Shown: positions 1 to 11,188, numbered from the stretch's first letter. The stretch: 64,000 bases of DNA from a virus (IMGVR_UViG_3300006033_000024:6159-70158); one strand, 5' to 3'. Made by a program: numbers and translations. Notes: a model not told the origin generated them from the letters alone.

Positions 1-10
1 TATTACCGGT

Positions 11-2878
11 ATGAGCGAAGATTCTGCCCGTGCGCTAACTAAGCAGTACAATGAATTAGGTCGTGAAATTGGTGCGACTACAATTCAAGTCGCAGAAGGC
101 GCCGAAGAATGGATCAGAGCCGGTAAGACCGCCGAAGAAGCATTGGAATTAACGCGTCAAAGTTTGACTTTAAGTAAACTTTCGGGGATGTCCGCAAGTG
201 AATCCACGCAGGCGTTGATTGCGTCGTTGAATGGATATAAGTTGGCGGCAAGCGAAGCTGCAAGTGTTGTCGATAAGTTGATCGCCGTTGATAATAAAGC
301 TGCCACGAGTGCGCAGGAATTGGCTACTGCCATATCCTATGTATCTTCGGTCGCGAATATTTCCGGTGTTAGCCTTGATCGTCTGGTTGGTTTAATCGGC
401 ACCGTTTCAAGCGTTACAAGATTAAGCGCCGAAACAGTTGGTCAAGGATTTAAGAGCGTATTTTCGCGTCTTGGCAATGTTAAAGTCGGTAAGTTTATTG
501 ATGATGACGGAAGCGCCATCAATGATGTTGAAGCTGTTTTGGGCAAAGTCGGAATTAAACTTCGCGAAAACCAAGATGAATTCAGAGACTTTCAAGATGT
601 TTTGGATGATGTTGGCAAAAGTTGGTCAACGTTCACCGAACTTGAACAGTCTGCTATCGCTACGGCGTTGGCTGGAACCCGGCAAAGAAATTTACTGGTC
701 ACGGCTTTTCAGAATTACGACGAAGTTATTCGTTTGACGACCGAAGCCGAAGAATCGGCGGGGCTTTCTGCAAAACGTATGGCTGAATATACGGATTCGT
801 TCGCCGGTAAGTCTGCCCAATTGCAGGCTAATTTAGAAAAATTATATTCAACAATGTTGGATTCGTCTTTTTTGAAATTCGTTGTCGATCTAACAAGTGG
901 CATTGCTAATTTTGCTTCTGCTCTTGGTGGTTGGACGGTTGTTGTTCCGGCGGCGATTATGTTGTTGGGCGCATTTAAAAAGGAATGGGCGGTAACACAA
1001 TTAGCGTTGGGCGTTGGCGATACCATTATCAATGGTTTGGTAATGTTGTTCCCAAGATTGGAAGGAGCCTTTATATCCGCGTCAGACGGGTTGATTACAT
1101 TGACCGGATCTGCCACTACTGCTAAAATTGCAATGAGTGCATTGGCTACTGGCGGTATTTTGTTGTTACTTACATTATTGCCACAATTGTTCGATTGGTT
1201 GCGCAATAATGTTGAATGGTTCGATCGTTTATTTGAAAGTATTAAAGACGTTAGCGACAACGTTGATGATTTAACGGCGCGTGTTTCTTCGTTGCGTGAT
1301 GAATATGAAAAACTTCGTGCACAAGACGAATTGACTTCTGACGAAATGAAACGTCTTAATATGCTCAATCTTGAAATTCAAGCGCAGGAAGAATTATTGC
1401 GCATTGAACAAGAACGCCTTTATAAGAAGAAGTTTGGTGGAAATGCTGCGAGTGGATTAGTTAGTGCTTTTTATGGTGGCATGCCAGAGGGTAAGTTCGC
1501 GTATAATGACGGTTCCGTTGGTGGCAAGGTTCTTGATACATCTCTTCCGGGCATTGAAAAGCCGGAAAACCTTGAAATATACCTTGATGCGTATCAAGAT
1601 CTTAATGATGCGCGAAAAGCTGGCGTTGAACTTCAACAAATTGAACTTGAATACCTAAAGAATGTTGATGCTTATTTGGCTGAGAATTCAGAGATTGTTT
1701 ACGAAAAAGCATCTAAAGAGGCTGGCGCTTACGAAAAGTTAGCGTCTGCAATGTCTGGTCTTAAAGCTGGTGTAGCAGGCGTTTCCAGTCTCTATAAAGA
1801 AATGTCGGATAATGGTCAAATTTCTATCGAAACCGTTTTGGGCTTGATGGAAAGTGGAAGCGACCTAATTGATCTTCTTTACGTTGAAAATGGCGTTTAT
1901 AAACTCAATGCCAAAGCAGCCGAAGCATATTACAATGCTAAGCGCACTGCTACGGTCAATGGTTTAAAATTAACCAAAGCCGAAATTGAAGCAGAAATTG
2001 CCCAAGCAAAAACCATTATGAATACCATTACGGTTATGATGGCGAAGGGTCAACTGTTAGGTTCCGGATATGCTTATGGTATTGCTTATTCTAACGCAAA
2101 GAAAACCGTTGATCAGATGACTGCGGCGTTGAATTCGTATAAAACAATCATGTCTGCTATACCGGGAACGTTGTCTTCTTATACGAACGCTACAAACTCT
2201 GCGTCTACTTCAACCGGTGGACTTTCTGATGCTGTTCAAAGACAGATTGATCTTCTTGAAAAACAAAAAGACGCCGCATTAAGTGCGATTGACGCCCAAA
2301 TTAACGGGTTACAACGCCAACTTGATTTGTTGAAATCGCAAAACGAAGAAACACAAAATCAGATTGACTTGCAAAAGGCGTTAGATGATCTTGAACGTGC
2401 CCGTAATCAGCGGAATACCCGTGTCTACACAAGTACGGGCTGGCAATGGGTTTCGGACGCTGGCGCCGTACAGGGTGCCGAAGAAAACCTTAAAGATGTT
2501 CGTGAACGTATGGCAGAAAAAGCAATCCAAGATCAGATTGACGCTTTGGAACGCAGAAAAGAAGATACATCTGCGGGGTATGACGCGCAAATCCGTAATC
2601 TTCGTGGTTATTCGGACGGTGGATTGGTTGATTTTACTGGGCCTGCAATGTTGCATGGTTCACAAAACAACGAGGAATATGTTTCAAATTCCACAGAAAC
2701 CCGTGTATTGCGTAATATGTTAAGCAAGATGGGTGGCAAGCCTTCTTCCCGTATGGGAACCGGCAGTAGTGGTATGGCATATAACATTTATGGCGACATC
2801 ATCGTTAATGGCGAAGATGGCGATAGTTTAGAAGCGATTATCTCAAGGGCGACTGCGCTTGCCCGTTCTGGAAAGTAG
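11..2878 (+). CDS. Phage tail tape measure protein (5'-truncated by window edge)
   Basis: TP901-type TMP core (ASEAASVVDKLIAVDNKAATSAQELATAI; GQGFKSVFSRL), long Ala/Leu-rich helical and coiled-coil body, C-terminal GYSDGGLVDFTGPAMLHG motif. The frame is open from the window start. Confidence 0.92.
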   Translation: MSEDSARALTKQYNELGREIGATTIQVAEGAEEWIRAGKTAEEALELTRQSLTLSKLSGMSASESTQALIASLNGYKLAASEAASVVDKLIAVDNKAATSAQELATAISYVSSVANISGVSLDRLVGLIGTVSSVTRLSAETVGQGFKSVFSRLGNVKVGKFIDDDGSAINDVEAVLGKVGIKLRENQDEFRDFQDVLDDVGKSWSTFTELEQSAIATALAGTRQRNLLVTAFQNYDEVIRLTTEAEESAGLSAKRMAEYTDSFAGKSAQLQANLEKLYSTMLDSSFLKFVVDLTSGIANFASALGGWTVVVPAAIMLLGAFKKEWAVTQLALGVGDTIINGLVMLFPRLEGAFISASDGLITLTGSATTAKIAMSALATGGILLLLTLLPQLFDWLRNNVEWFDRLFESIKDVSDNVDDLTARVSSLRDEYEKLRAQDELTSDEMKRLNMLNLEIQAQEELLRIEQERLYKKKFGGNAASGLVSAFYGGMPEGKFAYNDGSVGGKVLDTSLPGIEKPENLEIYLDAYQDLNDARKAGVELQQIELEYLKNVDAYLAENSEIVYEKASKEAGAYEKLASAMSGLKAGVAGVSSLYKEMSDNGQISIETVLGLMESGSDLIDLLYVENGVYKLNAKAAEAYYNAKRTATVNGLKLTKAEIEAEIAQAKTIMNTITVMMAKGQLLGSGYAYGIAYSNAKKTVDQMTAALNSYKTIMSAIPGTLSSYTNATNSASTSTGGLSDAVQRQIDLLEKQKDAALSAIDAQINGLQRQLDLLKSQNEETQNQIDLQKALDDLERARNQRNTRVYTSTGWQWVSDAGAVQGAEENLKDVRERMAEKAIQDQIDALERRKEDTSAGYDAQIRNLRGYSDGGLVDFTGPAMLHGSQNNEEYVSNSTETRVLRNMLSKMGGKPSSRMGTGSSGMAYNIYGDIIVNGEDGDSLEAIISRATALARSGK

Positions 2879-2886
2879 GTGGATGT

Positions 2887-4512
2887 ATGAAAATGTATAA
2901 ACCCAATCGTGTGACGATGACCCCACAAAATGAAGCCATTGATCCTACGATTGACAATGCTTTCCAATTCGTTTTTAATGGCGAAGTTTTATCGGCATAC
3001 AATATCAATTTTTTCGATCTGTTCACGGGGGTGCCCATTGCGACAGTCCCCGTGACAGTTTCGCCTGTAAAGTATAACGGACAGACAATTAGTTATACGA
3101 TGCCCGCTTCTTTCTGGACGACCTATGGCATTGAAAATTCACAAATGTCGTATTCGATTCAGTGTTTAGGTCAAGGGTATACGTTGTCATCGACTGCTAC
3201 AAGCGACATTATTACAATCGCCAACGCGAACTATTCATTAGCGGAATATGTGTTTATGAGTAGCGCTACGATTTTTGGTGGGATCCAAGATTTTTATTTG
3301 GTTCCTACTGGGAACCCCGGCGACTATTATGCCTTTAACACGATTGAAGCCGCAAGAAACGGTTTGGTTGTTGATCGCATTGTGGCATCTACTACAGGCA
3401 CCACGACTGTCAAAGCCATGGTTTTTTCTGAACAGGTTCCGTTCCGTACAGCCGGGACACCTACGCTTACGTTGGCGTTAGTGACTGCTACTTCGGCAAC
3501 GCAGGACATCGTTCCGACTTATTTTCATCCGAATGGGTACCCGTTAAATCGATATACATTCTATTTGTACGATTCGGCAGAAAATCTATTATTGCAAACT
3601 TCTGAAACGTTTTCATCTTATGCAAATTACACCATGGAAAACTTAGCGCATGGCGAGAGTTTTAAGGTGCGGTTTACCGGTTGGAGCGTTTTGGATCAGT
3701 ATGTAGACACTGGATTGGTGGTATTGAATGTAACTTATCCAATCCCTATCCCCGAAGAGTCTTATGCGGTTACTGCTACGAACGATTGCGATAATGGACG
3801 CATGAATGTGGTCATTGGATTGACGCCCGTTCAGATGTTGATCGGCGATATGGTTCCCTATGATACATTAAACGTAACCAACATTATCTTGTACCGTCAA
3901 ACATATGGCGAAGCGTCCTATGAGGTTATTGCTTTGTTGCCTGCGGCGACGGTTTTATACCATGATTATATGGTTCAATCCAGTAAAAGTTATCGTTATA
4001 AGATTGGCTTTTCTGGGTATGTCACAACTGGTTATGTTTGGTCTGGTGATTTTGTGGCCGGTAATAGTGTTGTAACAAATTATATTGATGCTATTTATTA
4101 TGGCTGGTTCTTGATTGATTTGGATGCGGATAAATCATATTTGTTCGACGTTCAGTTTGAGGGTGGCGAAACTACGCAAGAGGATGATTTCACAAAATAT
4201 AAGACAAATTTGCGTTATAACGCATATAGCGTTGGTAATTTGCGTTCATCTTCGTCGAGTGGTCTTGGGTTGATCAGCGTGGATAATTTACACGATGACT
4301 TCACCAATACCAATGGCTTGTTGCGTGAAATTGCCAACTTGGTATCTCCTAGCAATACGAGTCGAAAGTTGGTTAAGGATCGTCGTACACCCACAAGGAT
4401 CTTCCCAGTATTCACATCTGGGTTTAAAGAATTGCCGCTGCATAATGGAATATCCTCGCAACCCTATTTGTGTTCTTTCCAGTGGGAACAACGCGACGAT
4501 ATTATTGAGTAG
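2887..4512 (+). CDS. Putative distal tail/baseplate protein with beta-rich (Ig/FnIII-like) segments
   Basis: 541 aa, directly after the TMP, RBS AGGTGG, beta-strand-rich, YHDYMVQSSKSYRYKI FnIII-like segment. Confidence 0.6.
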   Translation: MKMYKPNRVTMTPQNEAIDPTIDNAFQFVFNGEVLSAYNINFFDLFTGVPIATVPVTVSPVKYNGQTISYTMPASFWTTYGIENSQMSYSIQCLGQGYTLSSTATSDIITIANANYSLAEYVFMSSATIFGGIQDFYLVPTGNPGDYYAFNTIEAARNGLVVDRIVASTTGTTTVKAMVFSEQVPFRTAGTPTLTLALVTATSATQDIVPTYFHPNGYPLNRYTFYLYDSAENLLLQTSETFSSYANYTMENLAHGESFKVRFTGWSVLDQYVDTGLVVLNVTYPIPIPEESYAVTATNDCDNGRMNVVIGLTPVQMLIGDMVPYDTLNVTNIILYRQTYGEASYEVIALLPAATVLYHDYMVQSSKSYRYKIGFSGYVTTGYVWSGDFVAGNSVVTNYIDAIYYGWFLIDLDADKSYLFDVQFEGGETTQEDDFTKYKTNLRYNAYSVGNLRSSSSSGLGLISVDNLHDDFTNTNGLLREIANLVSPSNTSRKLVKDRRTPTRIFPVFTSGFKELPLHNGISSQPYLCSFQWEQRDDIIE

Positions 4513-4520
4513 GTGATAGT

Positions 4521-4949
4521 GTGACACTTACATCAAGGATTTACAAAACATATTTAGACGAAGTGTTAAATATGTACCCATCCGAACCGGAAGTAAAAAT
4601 GGTAAAGTTGCCATTGGTGGATCCATATAATGCTCAAAATGGGCAGTACAAGGCGTACCTACAAACAAGTGCGGGCGCAAACGTTGGTTCGCCTATTAGT
4701 TTTGAGGCTACGTCTTTGACAAAAGGTGCAACCAGTTTTGACATGGTGGTTTCTCCGCTTACGTTGACATGGGTTGGCGTTGGTGGCGCAAGCGTTGGCA
4801 GGGTTTTAATTAAACAGGTCTTGCCAAGCACCACCGAAATCAATTGCGCACTTATTGATTTTGGCGAATCTTATCTGGTAGATGGCGATGTTGTATTAGA
4901 TTTTACGAATGTTGGGTTTATATCTTTTGAGAGTTCAAACTACATTTAA
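4521..4949 (+). CDS. Putative tail structural protein
   Basis: RBS AGGTGA with GTG start; tail operon; resembles the next ORF (IY..L..VLN at N-term, IDF near C-term). Confidence 0.55.
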   Translation: MTLTSRIYKTYLDEVLNMYPSEPEVKMVKLPLVDPYNAQNGQYKAYLQTSAGANVGSPISFEATSLTKGATSFDMVVSPLTLTWVGVGGASVGRVLIKQVLPSTTEINCALIDFGESYLVDGDVVLDFTNVGFISFESSNYI

Positions 4950-4958
4950 GGAGGGTTT

Positions 4959-5366
4959 ATGGCAAGGAATGAAATATATTCCGATTTACTTTATCGCGTC
5001 CTAAACCCTCTTTATGGGTTTGGTTATATTTTACCGTATTTAGCAGGATCGGTAAGGGTTGAATTGTTAAGCCCTACGTTGATCCCCGTTTCCGGGACTA
5101 CTTTTGTTCAAGTTACGACGGAAGTTAAAGAAAATACAATGGGAGCCTTTGTTATGACCCCGATTGTTGGCGACCAAAATTATGCTACTTGGCTCAATGT
5201 AACGGGGACTGCCAGATATGTGCGTGTTTATTTGACAGCCGATACGGACGTTATTGATCCGTATGTGGTGGATATTGATTTCGATGAGGATATTTATTTG
5301 GATGACGATACGATGAGTGTCATATTCGGCACTGGGTTTCTCACGTTTAGTGGGAACTTTATTTAA
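4959..5366 (+). CDS. Putative tail structural protein, possible paralogue of 4521..4949
   Basis: RBS AAGGAGGG; similar size and motifs to the upstream ORF. Confidence 0.55.
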   Translation: MARNEIYSDLLYRVLNPLYGFGYILPYLAGSVRVELLSPTLIPVSGTTFVQVTTEVKENTMGAFVMTPIVGDQNYATWLNVTGTARYVRVYLTADTDVIDPYVVDIDFDEDIYLDDDTMSVIFGTGFLTFSGNFI

Positions 5367-5378
5367 GGGGGTCATATT

Positions 5379-6692
5379 ATGCCTTATCCAGTTGTTCCCG
5401 GCATTTACGTTGAGGGTCTAGTTCCTCTTCCAACTTTATATCCATCGAACGTTCTTTATCCACAAGAAGACAATTTGGTTGTTGTTCCACAATATATGAC
5501 GATTAGCGTTGGTTCTGGACTAAATTCTCGTTGGGATGCGCAGACGCCATCGTTTACTTCTTATGTAAACTATTTGAAGACAAACGTTCGGCAAGCGTTT
5601 TTCAAGATTGATTTGTTGCGTCTTGAAGACGAAACTATTTATGATACGTTGATTTCCGATGTGCAAAATGCCGATGGATCGACAAGTAATCAATTGCAAG
5701 AAGGGGTTCGTCGTACATGTAACTTTTCGTTGATCAATGCGTTGCGAGAATATACGTCGTTTTTTACGAATATCAGTATTGGGAATAAATTTAGATTATC
5801 ACTAGGTTACGCCGTTGGATCTAAAATTAAGTGGTTTACGCAGGGCGTCTATGTGTTTGATAACCCCGTTTTGGTAAGTCAGTATTCAGACCGTAAAGTT
5901 ACGGTTTCGGGTACGGATAAATGGTCGATGTTGAATGGTAAAAACGGTGGGGTTTTGGACGGGACGTATACTGCCCCCGTCGGAAGTGAAATTGTCGGGT
6001 TGATTCATTCAATCCTTAATTTTGATATTGTTCGCGACCCTGTACTTCCTTTGATCCACGAAAGTTTAGTAGGCGCAACTATTACCTACGACATTACTAA
6101 ACAAGCTGGCGAAACGGTTGCAGATTTGTTGTTGGAAATTGCTTACAATATGAGTTGCTATGTTTATTACGATTCCGAGGGGCGATTTGTGATGCGTCCG
6201 TTTGAATATGACAATATCAAGGCACCGGTATTTGATTTGAATTACTTAGATTATAATTATCTTGGCGTTTCGAAAGAATTGTCTTTTGATAAGATTTATA
6301 ACGCCGTTCAAGTTCGTGCAGATAACATTCAAGATTCAAGTACGCCTATTATCGCCGAAGCCATTAACAATGATCCGTTAGACCCGAATAGTTATCAGAA
6401 TTACGGCGTTAAGAAATTGTATGTCGTAACCGATTACACCAAGGGGATTACGACGGATGATTTGGCGACGGTTCGGGCAAACTGGGAATTAAAGAATGTG
6501 AAAGCACGTCAATCGAGCGTTTCTGCCACCACTTTGGCATTGTACCATGTTGATGTAAACGATACATTGTCCGTTACCGATCCGACGACGGGGGACAATC
6601 TTTCCCCTTATTTAGTTAAGGGAATCACGTTACCGATTGGTACGAATGTCCAATCGAACATTGCTTTGGTTAAGGTTACGGGGTTGATGTAA
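5379..6692 (+). CDS. Putative baseplate hub/tail protein
   Basis: GVRRTCNFSL, QGVYV, GTDKWSML and YYDSEGRF pattern typical of phage hub proteins; position in tail operon. Confidence 0.65.
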   Translation: MPYPVVPGIYVEGLVPLPTLYPSNVLYPQEDNLVVVPQYMTISVGSGLNSRWDAQTPSFTSYVNYLKTNVRQAFFKIDLLRLEDETIYDTLISDVQNADGSTSNQLQEGVRRTCNFSLINALREYTSFFTNISIGNKFRLSLGYAVGSKIKWFTQGVYVFDNPVLVSQYSDRKVTVSGTDKWSMLNGKNGGVLDGTYTAPVGSEIVGLIHSILNFDIVRDPVLPLIHESLVGATITYDITKQAGETVADLLLEIAYNMSCYVYYDSEGRFVMRPFEYDNIKAPVFDLNYLDYNYLGVSKELSFDKIYNAVQVRADNIQDSSTPIIAEAINNDPLDPNSYQNYGVKKLYVVTDYTKGITTDDLATVRANWELKNVKARQSSVSATTLALYHVDVNDTLSVTDPTTGDNLSPYLVKGITLPIGTNVQSNIALVKVTGLM

Positions 6693-6702
6693 GGAGGAAT
6701 TT

Positions 6703-6999
6703 ATGAAGAAAAACGAAGAGAAGAGTGCGGTTGGGTTATATTCGATGATCATTACAATTGTTGAAAAAGTTTTGCGTAATGTGTTGCGCGATCAACAAGT
6801 CATGTGTACCATGGCGTGTACGGTTGCGACCTATAACGTTGGGCTAGGTACGGCGACGTTGTATTTGCCGCCGGATTTTACGAACGCAAGTACGGTCAAT
6901 TATACAAATCGTACAGGCGCAACGTTGTTGCCCGGTCAGAAAGTTTACTTATTGTATAAATATGGCGACATTTCACAAGGGTGGATTGCGCACAAATAG
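6703..6999 (+). CDS. Small tail/baseplate protein (OB-fold spike-like)
   Basis: RBS AAGGAGG; NRTGATLLPGQKVYLLY pattern; follows the hub gene. Confidence 0.5.
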   Translation: MKKNEEKSAVGLYSMIITIVEKVLRNVLRDQQVMCTMACTVATYNVGLGTATLYLPPDFTNASTVNYTNRTGATLLPGQKVYLLYKYGDISQGWIAHK

Positions 7000-7014
7000 A
7001 AAGGGGCGATCAGT

Positions 7015-7671
7015 TTGGCTTACACAAAAACAACGTGGGTGAATGGAACAGCCCCGGCGCTTAACGCGACGAATTTAAACAAGATTGAACAGGGTATATT
7101 TGATAGTGTTAGCAAGACCGCGGCTGTTGCTGGTGTTAACCTTAATACCGTTATTGTTAGTGGTATGTATCGCGTCGATGCGGTTACAGGTTTGCCTGCC
7201 GGGGCGTCTGATTATGGGCAATTGTTGGTTTTACAAGCTGGGGGCGATACGATTTCCCAGACATATTATGATTTTGCGAATTTTAAAACATATATAAGGA
7301 ATGGCACGGTTGCAGGGGGTATTGTTGTTAGCGCCGGTGGTTGGAAAGAAGTTGCGTATTATGATGCAAACTTTGGCATTGTGGTTGGATCAAATGCCAA
7401 CGGACAATACACCAAGTTCCCAGATGGCACGATGATATGTTCACACGCACTTTCTTCAAGTAGTTCAGCCAACACAACGTGGACTTATCCACAAACGTTC
7501 CAAACATTTGTATTTGCCCAAGTTACCGCAGAATCACCAACGATCGGGGTTTTAGTGGGTCAGATTTATTCAAGAACATTTACAGAACTTGTATTAAATG
7601 TTCTTAATGCAAGTGGCGCAAGGGTTGCTTGTACAACTCACGTTCTGGCCGTAGGTCGTTGGAAACCATAA
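7015..7671 (+). CDS. Short tail fibre / receptor-binding protein
   Basis: N-terminal MAYTKTTWVNG..LNATNLNKIEQGI anchor, knob-like domain (LNTVIVSGMY..GQLLV), C-terminal GSNANGQYTKFPDGTMIC..AVGRWK. Confidence 0.8.
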   Translation: MAYTKTTWVNGTAPALNATNLNKIEQGIFDSVSKTAAVAGVNLNTVIVSGMYRVDAVTGLPAGASDYGQLLVLQAGGDTISQTYYDFANFKTYIRNGTVAGGIVVSAGGWKEVAYYDANFGIVVGSNANGQYTKFPDGTMICSHALSSSSSANTTWTYPQTFQTFVFAQVTAESPTIGVLVGQIYSRTFTELVLNVLNASGARVACTTHVLAVGRWKP

Positions 7672-7675
7672 TATG

Positions 7676-7693
7676 ATAAAATATCTATTTTAT
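7676..7693. repeat. ATAAAA-N6-TTTTAT site (spacer TATCTA)
   Basis: Between two fibre genes. Confidence 0.85.
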
Positions 7694-7709
7694 GTGAGGG
7701 GGTGACTTC

Positions 7710-9698
7710 GTGCATGTATTAAAAAACTATCAAAGTGGGCAAAGAGCCAATAATCAACTTGAAGAAATTCCTGCGAGCGCTAAACCACTTGATCTTAATG
7801 CCACCATTAACGAACTTAAGACGTTGGTTGAATGGATGAGAGACCACCCTTCTGGCAATGCCGGTGGTGGCGATTATGATGATAGTGCGTTACAGTCCGC
7901 AATCAGTGATTTGCAAACAGGGAAGGCAGATGTGTCTGATTTGGACTCATTTATTTCGCTCCAGACGGGTGGATCTATTTCGGGTACAAGGGCTGCTGCT
8001 ATAGGGATTAATAATGAACTATCTGGCAGTGACTCTTTCGCGACTGGTGATTTAAATATCGTTTCTGGATTAAATGCATTTGCATCTGGGTTTAACAATA
8101 AAGCAGAGGGTGCGTATTCTCATTCAGAAGGGATGCAAACTAGGGCTACGAATATTGCGTCTCATTCCGAAGGGGATCATACGAGTTCTTTTGGATACGC
8201 CGCGCATGCCGAAGGAACATTGACGTTCGCATCTGGCACCGCCGCGCATGCGGAAGGCTATGGAACCGATGCCTCTGCAAATAATGCCCACGCTGAGGGC
8301 GCTAGCACATACGCCCAAGGCGTACAATCGCATGCAGAGGGTCTTGATACGGTTGCGTATGGACAACAATCTCATGCCGAGGGCGAGGGTACGATAGCAC
8401 AAGGTGAAAACCAACATGCTGGGGGTCAATATAATATTGCCAACGGGTCGGCTAGTTCGCATAGTCCAACTGATTATGTTTGGATTATTGGAAACGGGAC
8501 TGACGACGCAAATCGGTCAGATGCCGCGGCGTTACAATGGAACGGCGTGTTAAAGGTTGTTGATTTAGAATCATTCGATGGTACCAAAGGATTACTTTTA
8601 GATACCGATAAAACAAAGTTAGACAATTTGGTTATCCCCGATCAACTTAGTGATTTGACAGATGATGAAACTCATCGTTTGGTCACCGATACCGAAAAGT
8701 CAACGTGGAACGCAAAACAACCTGCGATGGGTTCAGATGATAATTATGTCACAGATGCAGAAAAAGCTGCGCTACATGCACATAGCAACAAAACTGCATT
8801 AGACGCAGTTAGTGGCACCAATACGGGCGATCAAACGTTAAGTGGCTTGGGAGGTGTGGCTGCTAATGTCGCTATTACCGGTGCAACCAAAACCAAGGTG
8901 ACATATGATTCAAAAGGGTTGGTTACTGGTGGATCCGATGCGACGACTGTCGATATTGCAGATTCTGCGAATAAACGTTATGTCACCGACGCACAACTTA
9001 TTGTTATAGGGAATACTTCGGGTGCGAATAGTGGGGACGAAACCACTTCGACCATTAAAACTAAGTTGGGAATTACAACGCTTAGTGGTTCTAATACTGG
9101 TGATAACGCCGTCAACTCTTTATATAGCGGATTGGCGACGTCGAAACAAGATACATTAGTGAGTGCTACGAATATCAAAACAATCAATGGTTCGTCAATC
9201 TTAGGTGGTGGCGACTTAGTAGTTTCTGGTGGGTCTGCCCCGTTTGCTATGTATCGTTTAACCGCACCATTTTCAAATTCGACAACGACGTTGCAAGACG
9301 TTACGGGTTGGGCATTCCCTGTTACGGCAGGGAAAATATATAGGATTGAAATTATCGCCTTATATCAGACGAATACAACTACCACCGGTGGTAAACTTGG
9401 TTTTTATTTGCCAAGCGGAACTGGTGCGGTCGTTGGCTATCTTGAGGGTGGAATTTCGTCCGCAACCGTAGCGACAGAGTTAAAGGCACCGATTTACGCT
9501 ATTGGTGCAAGTAACTTGGCAGGAAGTTTTTTATTAACCTCTGGAGTAAACGTTATCAATACACCCCATCATATTGATGGCTCGTTGATTTTTAATTGTG
9601 CTACATCTGGCGAGTTCCGCGCCCAATGGTCTGGCGAAGCTGCTACCGCCGCACAACTTAATACAAATAGTGTTTTATTGGTTACGGTTTTGAATTAA
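7710..9698 (+). CDS. Tail fibre with YadA-head-like 14-aa repeats
   Basis: About nine (S/A)H(A/S)EG repeats at 14-aa spacing, IIGNGTDDANRSDA neck, KQDTLVSATNIKTING fibre motif. Confidence 0.8.
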   Translation: MHVLKNYQSGQRANNQLEEIPASAKPLDLNATINELKTLVEWMRDHPSGNAGGGDYDDSALQSAISDLQTGKADVSDLDSFISLQTGGSISGTRAAAIGINNELSGSDSFATGDLNIVSGLNAFASGFNNKAEGAYSHSEGMQTRATNIASHSEGDHTSSFGYAAHAEGTLTFASGTAAHAEGYGTDASANNAHAEGASTYAQGVQSHAEGLDTVAYGQQSHAEGEGTIAQGENQHAGGQYNIANGSASSHSPTDYVWIIGNGTDDANRSDAAALQWNGVLKVVDLESFDGTKGLLLDTDKTKLDNLVIPDQLSDLTDDETHRLVTDTEKSTWNAKQPAMGSDDNYVTDAEKAALHAHSNKTALDAVSGTNTGDQTLSGLGGVAANVAITGATKTKVTYDSKGLVTGGSDATTVDIADSANKRYVTDAQLIVIGNTSGANSGDETTSTIKTKLGITTLSGSNTGDNAVNSLYSGLATSKQDTLVSATNIKTINGSSILGGGDLVVSGGSAPFAMYRLTAPFSNSTTTLQDVTGWAFPVTAGKIYRIEIIALYQTNTTTTGGKLGFYLPSGTGAVVGYLEGGISSATVATELKAPIYAIGASNLAGSFLLTSGVNVINTPHHIDGSLIFNCATSGEFRAQWSGEAATAAQLNTNSVLLVTVLN

Positions 9699-9719
9699 AA
9701 GAACAACAAGAAAGAAGGG

Positions 9720-10691
9720 ATGATTTTGATACAGACACCATATTTTTTCGAATACCACCTTTGCGTATCGGGTAGTGAAATTGCGAACTCGCACAAAGGG
9801 ACAAAGAATCTAGATTTTGCATGTGCGAAAGATCGTAATATAGTCGCACCGTGTGATTGTAAAGTTGTTGGCATTTATCATTCAACGCAATCCAACGCGA
9901 ACACCGTTTGGTTTGAATCGTTGGATGAAGTAAAAGGCCCTGCGTTTACGGATTTCATCTATTGGATGATGTCACATATGTATGACGCCGATTTTAAAGC
10001 CATGAGTTATTTTGTTGGCAAGATCTTTAAACGTGGCGAATACATGTATAAAGAGGGTGCGCAAGGAAACGCAAGTGGCGTTCATGTGCATTTCGGCGTT
10101 GGACGTGGTAAATATGTCGCACCGGGTTGGTATAAAACATCTTACAACACTTGGATGCCCAGAAATGGCGTTCATGCGTGGGAAGCGTTCTATTTGAAAC
10201 CCGGCACGGCGATCGTTAAGGGTAGTGATGAGGGGTATGCCTATAAAGATAAATGGGTTTATGCTACCGTTCCTGCGACCATGATGACCGTTGCGAATAA
10301 AGGGGTTAAGACAGGCGATGTTGCTGTCAATGTGCGCGAACAAGCATCTACGATGTATCCGGTCATTGCACAATTGCCGAAGAATCAAGTGATCGATATT
10401 TTAGAAGAGTCTACAAATATCGTTGACGGTTTCAAATGGGTCAAGGTATATATCAATGGACATTATGGATATAGCGCAATGGTCGCATCCGTATCCATTG
10501 TGGATGTATTGACACCCGAACAGATCTTGCAGAAAAAGTTGGACGAAGCCAATGCGACGATTGCGAAACAGAATTCGGCGATTGCATTAAAAGATGCTTC
10601 GATCGCTACGTTAACGCAACAAAACGTGGCTTTGGATACACAAGTTAAGTCGTTTTCGGCAGTTACGAAAACATTGTACGAAAAGAAATAG
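9720..10691 (+). CDS. Endolysin (M23-like peptidase, SH3b domain, coiled coil)
   Basis: HKGTKNLD (HxxxxxD) and GVHVHFG (HxH) zinc motifs; VNVREQAS..W.KV..GY SH3b. Confidence 0.8.
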   Translation: MILIQTPYFFEYHLCVSGSEIANSHKGTKNLDFACAKDRNIVAPCDCKVVGIYHSTQSNANTVWFESLDEVKGPAFTDFIYWMMSHMYDADFKAMSYFVGKIFKRGEYMYKEGAQGNASGVHVHFGVGRGKYVAPGWYKTSYNTWMPRNGVHAWEAFYLKPGTAIVKGSDEGYAYKDKWVYATVPATMMTVANKGVKTGDVAVNVREQASTMYPVIAQLPKNQVIDILEESTNIVDGFKWVKVYINGHYGYSAMVASVSIVDVLTPEQILQKKLDEANATIAKQNSAIALKDASIATLTQQNVALDTQVKSFSAVTKTLYEKK

Positions 10692-10703
10692 AGGGACAAA
10701 AAT

Positions 10704-11150
10704 ATGTTTAACACAATCATTGACGCTTTCTTGGCGCAAGCACCGTTGTTGATCGTTTCGATGGCGGTCTTGGCAGCTTCGTTTATCGCCTTATTCTTAG
10801 TTAGTTTAAAGGTTAACCTGTTTGAATTGAAACAGACCTTCGATGGTAAACGCTTTGTGAATGGATTAGCCGAAATCATCTTTGGGATTTTGAGCGTATT
10901 CTTTTATGCGTTTAGCGCCGTTGGATTTATTCAAGTCATCGAAATGTCGGGATTGTTAAAAGAGGGGTTGGCAGAAACCGCCAGTATCGCCGCTCTGATC
11001 ACAATCTTCGGCGTTGCTATTTATAAGAACATCTTGAAGTATCAAGAAAAAGCAAAGGTCAAATTAGAAGTGACCGATGTTGAAATCGCAGAAGCAACGG
11101 AAGACCCCGAATCCATTTCGGGTGTTGAACCCGCGGATACCCAAGGTTAG
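10704..11150 (+). CDS. Holin
   Basis: Three hydrophobic helices and a charged C-terminal tail, directly after the endolysin. Confidence 0.7.
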   Translation: MFNTIIDAFLAQAPLLIVSMAVLAASFIALFLVSLKVNLFELKQTFDGKRFVNGLAEIIFGILSVFFYAFSAVGFIQVIEMSGLLKEGLAETASIAALITIFGVAIYKNILKYQEKAKVKLEVTDVEIAEATEDPESISGVEPADTQG

Positions 11151-11188
11151 TCGCCGGACTTAAATCGGGGAAGGTGGTATAAACCATA